Shown here: positions 26,300 to 37,250 of the stretch, in pieces
How the letters are laid out: every line of letters starts with the position of its first letter
Numbering within the stretch: the stretch's first letter is position 1
Assembly: GCA_013239625.1 (NCBI GenBank)
Contig: MU054391.1
Coordinates: 932,001-992,000 of the forward strand
Direction of reading: 5' to 3'
DNA length: 60,000 nt
Source: Lama guanicoe
Taxonomy: Eukaryota
The notes under the pieces: generated by a model
Told to the model about the DNA's origin: nothing
Seen by the model: only the letters and a program-made list of their open reading frames with translations
Database searches by the model: none
Translations under genes and position numbers: made by a program

Positions 26300-26511
26300 G
26301 TTCATGCTGACAGGCACGTTTGGAGCAGATAAACAAGACCGCACTGTACAGCCAGGGAAATGTATACAGGCTCTGGTGATGGCTCACAGCGAGAATGTGC
26401 GACAATGAACGTGCACATGTTCACGTGTGGCTGAAAAATCGTGCTCTGCACTGGGATTTGACACAACGTTGTAAAATGACTATAACTCAGTAAAAAAACG
26501 TAAAAAAAAAA
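26300..26511 (+). mobile_element. Young camelid-type L1 3' end, strongly GC-shifted copy
   Basis: Aligns along its length with the copy at 26702-26870; ends gactataactcagtaaaaaaacgtaaaaaaaaaa. Confidence 0.85.
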
Positions 26512-26594
26512 GAATAATGGCAAAAATACAAAAATAAAAATAAAACTATTGGAAAAAAAGAAAGGAGCGAGGGAGGAAAGCAGGGAGGGAAGAA

Positions 26595-27030
26595 AGAGGT
26601 GACTGAGGTGATGAATATGGTAACTAGCTTCATTGTGGTAATCATTTCACAGTGAATCCATAAATCAGAACATGAAGTGACACACTTCAAAAATACACAG
26701 TTTATACATGAACATACATATATTCATTGTCACATTTTTTTCACTGTGAGCTGCAAGATCTTGTATATATTTCCTTGTGCTATATGTTCATGTATAACTG
26801 AAAAATTGTGCTCTACACTGGAATTCGACACAATTGTAAAATGACTATAACTCAATAAAAAATGTAAAAGAATTTTTAAAAATAAATAAAAATAAAGACC
26901 ATGTATACAAAAAAGTAACAAAAATCTAAAATGGTTCTTAAATTCCAGCAAATGAATAAAATAAACAGAAACTGAAAAAATATATATACAATTTATGTGT
27001 CAATTGTACATTAATAAGATAAAAAGACTA
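26595..27030 (+). mobile_element. L1MA-type 3' end hosting a nested young L1
   Basis: gaggtgatgaatatggtaactagcttcattgtggtaatcatttcacagtg resumes after the insert as atatatacaatttatgtgtcaattgtacattaataag. Confidence 0.75.
26702..26980 (+). mobile_element. Young L1 3' fragment with 5' inversion and probable 3' transduction
   Basis: 26702-26784 is the reverse complement of L1 3'UTR; about 26785-26870 is sense with AATAAA 26854-26859; extra sequence 26898-26974 has AATAAA 26955-26960 then A6; imperfect TSD 26691-26705 / 26982-26996. Confidence 0.75.
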
Positions 27031-28137
27031 AAATAACAAGTTAAAAAAAAGAAAGTTAAAAAATAATTTGAGTGAATTTATTTATTTCAGAGTCGAATCA
27101 GGCACAAATGAAGTCAGATTCATAAACTTTCACAAAATTCTTTCTACAAAGAGTGGCCACCTGTTTGTGGTTTTAAAAATAAAAATTTAATTATTGATTG
27201 GTTCTCTGGTGACATGTGGCATTAGGCATTTCTAAACATAGCTGATTCATTAGGTGGCAGGAAATTTTTAGTTTTGAAATGATTTCCTTCACCATTTGCT
27301 TTTATACATTTTCACAAGAATGCATAGGCCAATTCCTGTTTTTATAAGATTAGATTCAAAAAGGTAATTGAAAGTTCAAAGTCCAAAAGTCTGTTTTGCA
27401 CTTAGCCTTCAGATGGGAAAGATACCATGTTTTATAATGATAATTTTATTCATTTTCATTTTAAAATGTTTTAGGAAAAGAAAAAAGAATTTTCAGCAAA
27501 AGCTTTGCAAACACAGGAGGGCTCTGTGTGAAAAAACGAGCTCACAGTTGAAGCCATGCACCACCAGCCTACTCCAAGTGGGTCAGTGACGGGGGACACA
27601 GAGTGACCTCATGGGGAGGTCAAGGTCAAGGATGCTGGGACACCAGCAGACTCTCCTGTTGCTTTGTGTTGAGAGGTGATGCTCTCGTACCATCTAAAAG
27701 AAACTCATCTAAACCCGCTGCCAGGAAGGAAGGATGACGAGCGAAGACAAGCCGCCCATGGAGAACAGACCAGTGTCCGGTGAGCTGCGCCCTCCGCCCT
27801 CACTGTAAGGGAGCACCTGCGAAAACCTTTCTCCCTCCTCGCCTCCCCAGGAGCCTCCTGTGCGCCCCCTTATTTAAAAATAGAAGCGTAATAGCAACCG
27901 ATGGCCGCCTGGGACAGGAGCGCAGCTGAGGGTCTCTGACAGACAGCAACGGATGAGGGTTGGTGGCTCGGTGTTAACTGTGCAAAGTCAACGTCCCTGA
28001 GAGACGGAGAGGCCATTAGGTGACTCCGACACTGCTCTTCCCTAATTTTAAGTGTTTGCAGGTGAGAAGGAAAGTGGAGCAGCTTCGATCTATTTTTTGC
28101 ACTAGGAAAATAAATAAGGACCCCTGAGAAAGGTCTT

Positions 28138-28313
28138 AGAGCACCTGGCTCACAGGCGTGTGACCCGGACAGTCAGAAGGCCGGTGCGCAGAAGGGCCCC
28201 GCTCCTGGTTTATGGTCCTGCTGCTGCGGGCTCGGGATTCTTAATAATGTTGGAGCAAGAGGCCCCGCATTTTCATTTTATACTGGGCCCTGAAAACCAC
28301 GCAGCTGGTCCTG
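28138..28313 (+). mobile_element. MER91A (hAT-Tip100) DNA transposon
   Basis: gcagaagggccccgctcctggttta...attcttaataatgttggagcaagaggccccgcattttcattttatactgggccctgaaaaccacgcagctggtcctg. Confidence 0.85.
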
Positions 28314-30409
28314 GCTCAGGCAGCCACCTTTAGAGAGATGCGCTTTTTGATACAGTTAAAAGGTTTTCCCCCATCTCCTTGCTGCTAATCAGACCTGCCC
28401 TCTGGATGGTGAGCCAACTCAGCCCCGAATCTGCCCTTGCCTTCACCTTCCCTCACTCCCTCGCCTCATCAGAGCCACCTTCTCCGGTTCCCCGGTAAAT
28501 CAGTGGTCATCAGCCCAGGGAGGGTCGTAATTACCCTCCCATGCTCACCGCGAGTGTCTGAGTCACAGGTGGGGGTGGGAATCGGCAGTCTCCCCCTTTT
28601 GAAAGCTCCAAAGGTAACACATTGTACACCTGCCTCCAATCCATCCTCCTCTCCCTTCTTGACTGAGAGCTCTGCCCCCACCAGCAGCCACCAGGTCACT
28701 CGCCCTCATGCCATGAGGGGCTAGTCCAAGACCCTGGAAACTCCAGCATTGCTGCCCCCAATTCATTCTCCATAATTCAAGCAAAGATACTGTGAAAAAT
28801 GACACCCTCATTCCATGCTGCCTGGTCTTTGGGGTAGCAGGACACAGTGCCCAGCTTTCTCATGGAACCCCAAGAAAGGGATCAGTCTGATCTCAGGGGA
28901 AACAGCTGTCCATTCACCAGAAGGGTGAGCTCCTGGGCTGTGGGGGCCCGGCCCCAGCCAGCATCTACTACCGATGGTTGTGCTCAAGCACAGGTCAGTG
29001 GTCAGTGACGGTGCTGATACTATTTCTCCCAGCCACCCCTCTCGCCACCACACACGTACACCTGGCGCACACACATTCACATCCCGTAACACACCCCGAG
29101 TGTTCCCACACTGCTGGCATGAAGGCACTTCCACAGACACATCTGAGAGAATTCTGCAGACTGGAGAGGAAAGGAGGGCTGGCGGGACCCCAGTGCTGGA
29201 GGAAGTCGGGCTCCAGAGCCCTGGGGTGGCGCATGGATTTGGAAGGAGAGTAGTCCTGCAGCGGGGTTCCCTGCACCAGCCATGCCCCATGTGGAGGCAG
29301 AGTCATCCTACTGAGTAAGGGGACTTGAGGCTCTGACCAGGAGGATGTCAACGTCACCGGGGTCTACGGAGCACAGCTCTGGAAGGAGGACCCAGTAAGC
29401 TCCCCAGTACATCACCAGGAGCGAGGAAAGAGAACGCTTGTCCTGACAGGCCTGGGTCCCTGTGTTGACGGTCCCACCACGTGCACAGCAGGCGCTCAGT
29501 GGCGGGAATAAACGAAGCCTCTCCACGCACAGACCAAACCAGAACGGTCCTCACACCATCCACGACGAGCCTGCCTTCTACGGCGTTCAGCAGCCCTGAA
29601 AGCTGCTGGGGACGGCCCTGCCGCCAAGGCTCTGCACAGTGGGGCGCCGGGCGGGGACAGGAGGGGGCGCGGGGTGGGGACAGGAGGGCGCGCACAGCAC
29701 CGCGCCCACACTAGCGCCCCTGGATTTAGTTTCCATGAGAAGGTGACACACGCGGAGCCCGGCGCCTTCCCAGCCAGCGGTGCCGCGACTGCAGTTTCAG
29801 GTAACCTTGGGGATTTCTTCACTTTCCACCGTGCTGTATTTCCTCCCCGGGACCCCTGAAGTCACCCAAATAGCTGATTCCCTTCTGCTCGGTGGAGGAG
29901 GAGAGCGGGGGTTGGAGGGAAGGGCGGAGGGGGAGGTGAGAGACAGGAGGATCCTAGTTTAGCGGGCGCCCCGCCCGCCTGTGTGAGTCCAGCGGGTGCT
30001 CTGTGCCCGCCACCCCCGAGCGGGTAACAGGTGTTCTGCAGCCTCTGGGTTCGGGGCCGGGGTCAGCAGCCGGCACGCCCCACCTCCCAGCCGCTGATCG
30101 GTGCACATGCTCACCCGGTCTTTGATGCTGGACCCTCTTCTCCAGCTCAGCCGCTCCCCAACAAACAGGAAATTGCTTCTCAGGCTAAGGTCCCCCATGG
30201 AGGCCAAGTCCGGCACGGCTGCTTGACCAGCATGTATTGACTAGGAATACGGATTAAAAACTAAAGGCGTATCATGGGAGGCTTGAGAGGGAAAAGCATC
30301 CCCAAAGAGCAGCGCAAGGAGGAGTTAAGTCTCTGAAACCGAAAGGAAGGCGCGCGTGTGCGTCTCCAGCCTTCCGTGGTGCTCGCCTCCGCGCCCGTCT
30401 GGGCTCCGC

Positions 30410-30565
30410 TGGTCCCCATGACAAATCGAGAGGTCGGAGTTCTCCATCCTGCAGGTGGGAAAGCTGCATGCCCGAGAGGTTCGCAGCCTGCACGGCCCGA
30501 GGGTGAGGATGGACCGGGCCCTGACCCGGGGCTGGTCTGGCTCCAGAGCCCAAGTTCGTGCATTA
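30410..30565 (-). mobile_element. MIR SINE, GC-shifted
   Basis: ccatcctgcaggtgggaaagctg...cgagaggtt...ctggtctggctccagagccca. Confidence 0.55.
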
Positions 30566-30894
30566 AGTTATGAGGAGGCGAGAGGTAGTGGGACTGACCA
30601 CTGTGTCCACTTCTGGTCCCGTCAGCCTTGAGTCTTCCTGAGGGTCATCCATGAGCTGGGACCTGGAGGCTGCGGTGCAGGAAGAGCTCTAAGTAGGCGC
30701 CAGAGCCCATTGCCGGGACGCGTTACACTCAGTCACACTAGTGAGGGCTGTTTGTATGGTCATCGGTGTGTCAGTTTGTCCATCACTTCTGAAAGTCAAG
30801 ACTAGCCAGGGGCACCTCTGTCAGTGCCTTTTAAACATCATAAATAATGAGTAATAAAATGTATTAATTATATAATAAAATATAAAAAGCAGGT

Positions 30895-31110
30895 GAATGA
30901 CCTACAATTTACCTGCAACAAAATGCACCCATTCACAGCGTCCAACTCAAATGTCCTCATAACAGCCACAGTGCCGCACCCACCGCCTCCGGGCACTTCC
31001 AGCTAACGCCCTCTTGTTCTGCGGAAGGCAGTGTGCCCCAGGCCATCCTGCCTGTGACCTTTCCGACTCCAGTGTTCCCCCAACACCCAGGGCGGAGTGC
31101 AGCTCCCATG
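30895..31110 (-). mobile_element. Old L1 (L1MB/ME) 3' end
   Basis: tacaatttacctgcaacaaaatgcacccattcacagcgtccaactc matches the reverse-strand L1M 3' terminus. Confidence 0.55.
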
Positions 31111-31459
31111 GGCTCCCCAGCCCTCCGCGGTGGGACCTCTGTCTCTCTGGCAGCAGCTGCCCTGTGCTCGGCTCAGCCCGGAGAGTCACTCAACCTGCCG
31201 CACGCCCCTCCTCTCCCACCGCCTCTGTCTTGGTGGAACTGGATCTCTTTTTCTGAAACAGTCTCCCTGACACTCTGCGGGTAGAGGCGGACTTCCAGGT
31301 CCTACTGTAACGCCTTGCGTCTTCCTGGAGAGCAGGAAGGAATGCCCTCTCCACGTTTAGTAAAAATGACGCTTATACTTTGTTCTTCCACTCAGCGCCC
31401 GCTTTGCCTTGGAATTATTCTCAGGGACAGGTACCCTCGCCTTCCTCGTGCTTCACCAG

Positions 31460-31830
31460 TTTGATTCCCAGCAACTGACTCAGCAGCAGCTCACGCCTTC
31501 CTCCCGGAAACACCCTCCTCTCCTGACGCTGGGCACCACCACTCGGGTGTCCCCCCACCTGAAGGGGAGCTCCTTCCCAGGGGTCTGGACTGGGCCCTCC
31601 TTGCAGTGCGGACTCTGCAGTGCTGCCGGCCTCAGGGCTCAGGACTTTTCCCTTCTCTGTTTTCTTTTTTTCCCGCTCTCATCCAGTCTTCCAGCATCGA
31701 GGGCTGTCTCTACACCCATGACCCCAGAAGCATCATTCCAGACTGACACGTGCCTCGACCTCAACTCCCCGCTTGGCGTCTCCACTTAGGATGTCTCTGG
31801 CATCTCTCTGTCCACATTGCAGCCCCTTGG
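31460..31830 (+). mobile_element. L2 LINE internal fragment
   Basis: ctcagggctcagg, ctctcatccagtc and ggcgtctccacttaggatgtct match L2. Confidence 0.7.
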
Positions 31831-32264
31831 GTTTCCCACAAACGTGTGCCTCCTGGACCGGCTGCCAGGCCGGGGAGATGTTGGACTGAGAAGCCCATCA
31901 AGGGTCCAGTACAGACGGTGCTGGCCAGCCAGCGCCTCCAGGAGGAGCCCACACAGGACCTCACCTCTCCCCCGCCTGCCCGGCGGGGGCACACAGGCTC
32001 ACCTGGGGAGTCAGCCGGGCCACCCGCTAAGGAGGCTCCCAGTCCACTGCCCCTCACTGGCTTGCTTGTTCGAGCAAAGGAAAAGACGCTTTCCTTTGAG
32101 GGGATAGGATTTCAACAATAATCCATAGCACTGTTGATTTAAAACTGGCTGAAATAATCTCAAAACATGAGGCTACCCACGAAGTTAAAATTCAGCATCA
32201 CATACTTTCTACAAGAACATCGCACTCAATTATTTAAAATAATTTCTGCCATTCAGAACAAAAA

Positions 32265-32480
32265 TCATTGAACCACCACTGTTCGTCAGATCCTGTGCTC
32301 TCTGATTCACATATTTGTTCATTTAATCCCCCAGATGTTCTGGAGGCATATGCTATTGACCCCATCTTGCAACTGAGGAAATGGGCACTGAGAGACATCA
32401 GCTAACTGCCCAGCGTCACATCACTCATCAGGACCAGCAAGCACTTGGGACTGGACACCAGGGCACTGATGCTCACACCT
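32265..32480 (-). mobile_element. MIR SINE
   Basis: tcatttaatcc...ccccatcttgcaactgaggaaatgggcactgagagac...actgcccagcgtcaca. Confidence 0.75.
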
Positions 32481-33459
32481 GGTACCTCCCCGAGCAAGGA
32501 CTGGCGACCACAGCCAGCACAGTGTCAGCGATGGGGAAGGGGCGCAGCCCGCACTCCGACAGGTGACGCCCGGCAGGGACTTCAGCCTCGGAATTCGTTG
32601 GGGGTATAATCATGCAGAAGTCTGCCGTAAATCTTCCAAATCATCAAAGGGGATACATTTAAAATTTCTGCAACAGGTTTAAAACAATGACTTAACCAGC
32701 GACACAGTTAGGTCGCCACTGAGTTAGATTTTCAACACAGTCAAATGGAGGAGAAACTCCCATCCCGTGAGCGTGGGTCTTGGCTCAATGATACCAAACA
32801 TTTTCGATTCTGCTACTCATCAGCATAGGATTTCTTGCCCAAATCGCAAATATAGAGAATTTCAAAATTGGAAGGAGCTTAGAGATTTTTTTTGGGTAAA
32901 TCTTATTTTACAGATAAGTTATTTATCGTTACATAAATCTTTTTGAGTTGAAAAAAATTTAAACCTTTTTAAGCTAAGAATATACCGTACAGTCTAGAAA
33001 CACATGCGTCTATAAAACATTAAAATTGCCTTCATAAATGTAATTTCCTTAGCACAGAAAAGGTTTCAGCCTTAACGCTACCTAGATGAGTTGTAAATAC
33101 GTCATATCATCTTCCACCAAACACCTTACAATTGACATAATATCGTGTCATTTTAGCCTTTTCTTTTGAAGGTAACGGATAACGATTGAATATTTACTCA
33201 ACCAACACAGGCAAGTTACGTCGATCTTCAGGAACACTAATGACAGTAGCACGTTACAGGAAAGGTGTGCTATGTCTTTGTACATAACAACTATGCAATT
33301 TTAAGAATTGTAGGACAAGTGCAAGCTACAACAAGAACTTAAGCAACAGGTAAGAGAGCAAAGTAAAACGCAGAAACCTTCTCGAGGACCCGATGGGGTT
33401 TCTCAGTCCCATCTCTGTGCAGAAAACAGCTTTTGGGAAGTCGGCTAGGGAGGTTCTGA

Positions 33460-33960
33460 GCCTTTGCAAATGTGTCTGTATGTACACACGTGAAAACATA
33501 AGTATACACGCATGTGGGTCTCTGTTAAACGCAGGCCGTGACACACATTTAACACGACCATCTTCCAGTAAAATGGACTCACGACGCAGACCTGTGGCAG
33601 TGGGTCTCTATCAGCATTTCTAGATCTCTCCATGTTTCTAAATGCACAGCACCCCCCACCCCCAATCTGGATCCATACTCAGTCACCCTTCCCTCCACGG
33701 GGACACTGCGCCGGTTTCCGTGGTTTCGCCACCGCAAACGGAGCACAGTGAGCATCCTTAGCCGCGTACCCTTGGATGTCGTGAAGTGAAGCTGTTTCCA
33801 GAGGATACGTTTTTGTCAGTGGAACAATGAAATTGCCAGGCCAAAGGGCAATCACATTTACTGTTTGGTTGACTTTGCCAAATTTATCAGTGAAAAGGTG
33901 GCACCAGCTTGCACTCCCACAAGCAGGAACTAGACACCCAAATCCTTGTGCTCTGTGCAT
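33460..33960 (-). mobile_element. Ancient L1ME ORF2 end / 3'UTR fragment
   Basis: gcaccagcttgcactcccacaagcag; track ORF 33887-34081 reads CLWECKLVPPF versus L1 ORF2 CWWECKLVQPL. Confidence 0.7.
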
Positions 33961-34250
33961 GGTGGTAGCCGGATAAGGAGCTTCTATGGGAGGAATGGTG
34001 CTCACACCGGCAAGGCGCTGTGTTCACCATTTTATCTGCACCCTCCCTGAACCCCACACCAGCCCAGCCAGGTGTGCACACCTAGTCCCACGTCCAGCTC
34101 ACGTGGGAGCCAAGGTACCTCCCGTCGCCCGGCTGAGGAGAGACGATCCGACTCTGGGCCCAAGCTCCCCTGCCTCCGGAGCCCTCGTCTTCCCCCAGCA
34201 ACATGATAGCTCATCTCAGTTCAAACAGGAAGAACGGGCTTACAAACGTA

Positions 34251-34857
34251 TGAGTTCAGAGTTCCTCTGGAGAAAAGCAACTTGCTTTACAGTCCTCGTG
34301 AGGCAGGAAGCGCCATAAAAAGACCGGCAGGACCCTTAGGTAGCAACGCTCCGCTCCTCCCAGCACCGACCGGTTCCTCGACCCAGCGGCTTTCTCTCAC
34401 TTTTAGCCTCTACAGCGGCTAACTTACACCTAGAATTCTATTGGTTCCCTGCGCTCACTTCTGATTGGTTACTACTCTCACTCCTGATTGGTTACTACTC
34501 TCACTTCTGATTGGTTTTTACTCCCACTTCTGATTGGTTATTACTCTCACTTTTGATTGGTCTACTTCCCTAACTTCTGATTGGTCCATTTGTAGTACTG
34601 TACTTGCATGGAGCTCACTCCTGATTGGTCTATTTCTACAAAGTTTGTTCCTGGTTGTACTTTATTTGCATACGATGTTACAAAGTGTAAAACTAGCAGC
34701 CTATAAAAGGCCTGTGTAAAGCTGCAGAGGGGGTCCAGAGTTTGAAGTATCAACTCGTTTGGGCTCGTTGGCGTAATAAACCTGAGTTTTCCAGCTCTCC
34801 GAGTGTTGCTTGGTCTCTCGCCTGGATCCAGGTTGCTGTCACAACCGAGCTGTAACA
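34251..34857 (+). mobile_element. ERV (ERV1-like) solo LTR, 607 bp
   Basis: TG...CA ends (tgagttcagag / gctgtaaca); flanks cgta / cgtt (3 of 4 TSD match); TATAAAA 34702-34708; AATAAA 34775-34780; no primer-binding site or gag downstream. Confidence 0.85.
34440..34708 (+). promoter_or_regulatory. LTR U3 promoter: eight ATTGG (reverse CCAAT, NF-Y) boxes, octamer ATTTGCAT, TATA box
   Basis: ATTGG at 34440, 34464, 34487, 34510, 34533, 34556, 34580, 34624; ATTTGCAT 34664-34671; TATAAAA 34702-34708. Confidence 0.75.
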
Positions 34858-34929
34858 CGTTTTTCCGGAACACTGGAGTTATTTAGCGTGGACGTGGACC
34901 CGACCTTTGGTTTGGTTTTGTTTGTTTGC

Positions 34930-35660
34930 CTCACGTGGCTTTGACTTCACAGTGCTCCTCCATCCGAAGGGCGTCTGGCACTGCACGGCGACTTGTCACA
35001 GAGGGAGCCCCGTGTCTCGTGCTTCCATACAGCGAGCGGTGATTTCTCAACGTGAGCAACCAGGCAGCTGAAGGCCGTGGGTGCGGCGGCGGGGAGGAGG
35101 AGCCGTCTGCGGTGATGGGAGGCCGGCGCGGCCGCCGCACCCCCAGTGGCCTGACTCTCCAGCACCCAGGGACATGGCCCGGCGCTGCAGAGACCCAACT
35201 TGCTGCCCCAGTTCTGAGGGTAACTCACGAGCGTGTGCGCTGAGCACTGCGTTTCTCCCCCTCCCTGCGACGTACCTGCCAAGCTGCCCTCAGGTCCCCG
35301 GAGCGCAGGCGTGCGGTCACAGGACTTTCTGGGCCGTGCTAACCGCGCTGTGCTGGCAGCCCCGGGAGACTCCCTGAGCTGTGTCCACCTCCATCCGCGA
35401 TCCCAGGGCCCGCGAGGTGACACGTGACGGGAGCCAGCTGCCGGCCCAGATGCCGCGCTGAGCGGCTGCCGATGGGGCGCCAGCGGCCTCCAGGCAGCGA
35501 GGCTGACAGCTGGATGCGGCTGGGGCTCGGGCTCCCTGCGCTGAAGGATCCTCCGGAAGCCCTTCTCCAACTTGCCTTTGATCCCCAGCCATGTGCATGC
35601 TGTGGTGAGCTGGGCTGGAGGGAGCGCGGTGGAGAGCCGTCCACTCTTAACCTCCCATCC
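34930..35660. promoter_or_regulatory. CpG-rich island directly downstream of the LTR
   Basis: Dense CG dinucleotides and high GC (e.g. ggccggcgcggccgccgc). Confidence 0.5.
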
Positions 35661-36409
35661 GCTCACCTCTCTCTCTGCCTCCCTGTTCCTCTCTCTTCCA
35701 TCTCCGTTTCTCTCAGTATCTCTACGTATTTCTCTATCTCCATCTCTCCATTTTCCATTGACTAATTCAATAAACTTTTACAGGTTGACTAAGTCATTAC
35801 TCAAGATGTTCAAGGCTCGTTGGGGAAAAACAATAAAAATAAAACCACGCCCAAACACTGACAGTGGGTTTGGGGATCCGCACAACTGCATTGCTAATTA
35901 CCTCCTCTGATCACTCCGAGTCTCACATCCAGTCTTTTGTTTTGTCCTTTATATTCTAGTTTGATTTGATCTTTAAAGTAACGGGAATAAGCAACTGGTT
36001 CTGACGGCTCTTTTCAGAGACACACACAAGTTCTGTCTGAACCAGGAATACCTGAAAATGTGTGCTGCAAATCCACTCAGCAACAGAGGGAGGCTTTCCC
36101 TCCACAGTGACCGCCCAGGCTTGACACTGGCCTCCCCAGGGAAGAGAAGACAGTGCCAAACGCACGTAAGATGTAAATCGATGATGGCTAGACTCCTTCA
36201 TGAAAGGGCACGGGGAGGGTGCACTCAGCAGTGGAGAAACGTGCGTTAAGGGAGGAAGGGGAACTGGCGTCAAGGAGAGGGAAGGCGTGGGTGACAGACT
36301 CGCCCTGCTGGGAGCAGCCCCCTCACTGCGGGCGAGCGCGGGTCCCAGCTGGTGTGGTGGCAGCAGACGGGAGGAAGCACTCACAGCGCCCTGCGGGTAC
36401 AAGTCCTGG

Positions 36410-37250
36410 TTTTACTTTCCAGCCAGGGTTCCCTGGTGCAAGGAGCGCTGGACTTGCAGACCCCGCCTCCATCTCCCCCATGACTTCTCTCGGTCCAGTA
36501 GGTGCACCTGTGAAATGCGCATAACGGCTACTTATCCTGGGGTTGCTGGGAGGGTCTTCTGAGCTACAAGCACCACACGGGGCGCAGAGCTAAGTGCTGA
36601 GAGCAGTGTCACTGTGCCCGTCCGAGGAAGGGAAACAGTTCTTGGTTCTACTCATTGGACAAAGTGACTTCCTGGGAGATGTGACAGACTTTAGGGATAG
36701 TCAGCACCTTTGTTGAAGTTTAAGGAAGATGACACGTGTTTGAAACAGGATGTGGTGCTGTGCAATGAAGAAGAGGCAGGACCGCGGGGCAGGCAGATGT
36801 GGACCTGAGGTCTCCTGCTGTCACTGTGACCTTGCAGGTTTAACCTCTTAAAGCCTAGTTCCTCCTCTTTTCCTTGTCTCTGTCTGTATCATCTGGACCA
36901 ACACTCCCACCTAAGCCGTAATTCCCATGCCTTTGGCCCTTCAGGGTGCCTCTGTGGAACAGACAGCTATACAGTTAGTCTGCAGAACCACTGGGCTGAC
37001 TGGGCTGGACAATGTTCGCACAACCATACATCGGGTGCTCACTAAATATCACTCACTCATTCCCTAAATGTACTAAGTGATCAATGAATATTTTTTGAAT
37101 GAATGAGTGAATAGTGATTTTAAAAAGTCCTCACATCTCATGTCTTGGAAACCTTGGAGAAACTATTTTACAGAGCTGAGCTTTCTCAAGGTCATTCAGT
37201 GTGAGTGTTAGGACCAGACCAGTTCCAGCTCCTGGTTCAGTGTTGTTCTC
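36410..37250. mobile_element. Cluster of MIR (about 36410-36600 +, 36750-36870 +, 37130-37250 -) and L2 3' end (about 36870-37110 +) fragments
   Basis: ctgtgaccttgcaggtttaacctcttaaagcctagttcctc (MIR); tgaatgaatgagtgaat tail (L2). Confidence 0.55.

Noticed and set aside
26300..26511. ADAR or APOBEC hyper-editing of the L1 copy
   Set aside because: Both A-to-G and T-to-C type differences, plus transversions toward G/C, occur on the same strand, which does not fit a single deaminase signature.
34440..34630. Regularly spaced ctgattgg repeats resembling a CRISPR array
   Set aside because: Tandem 23-bp units without unique spacers, inside an LTR of a mammalian genome, with no cas genes.
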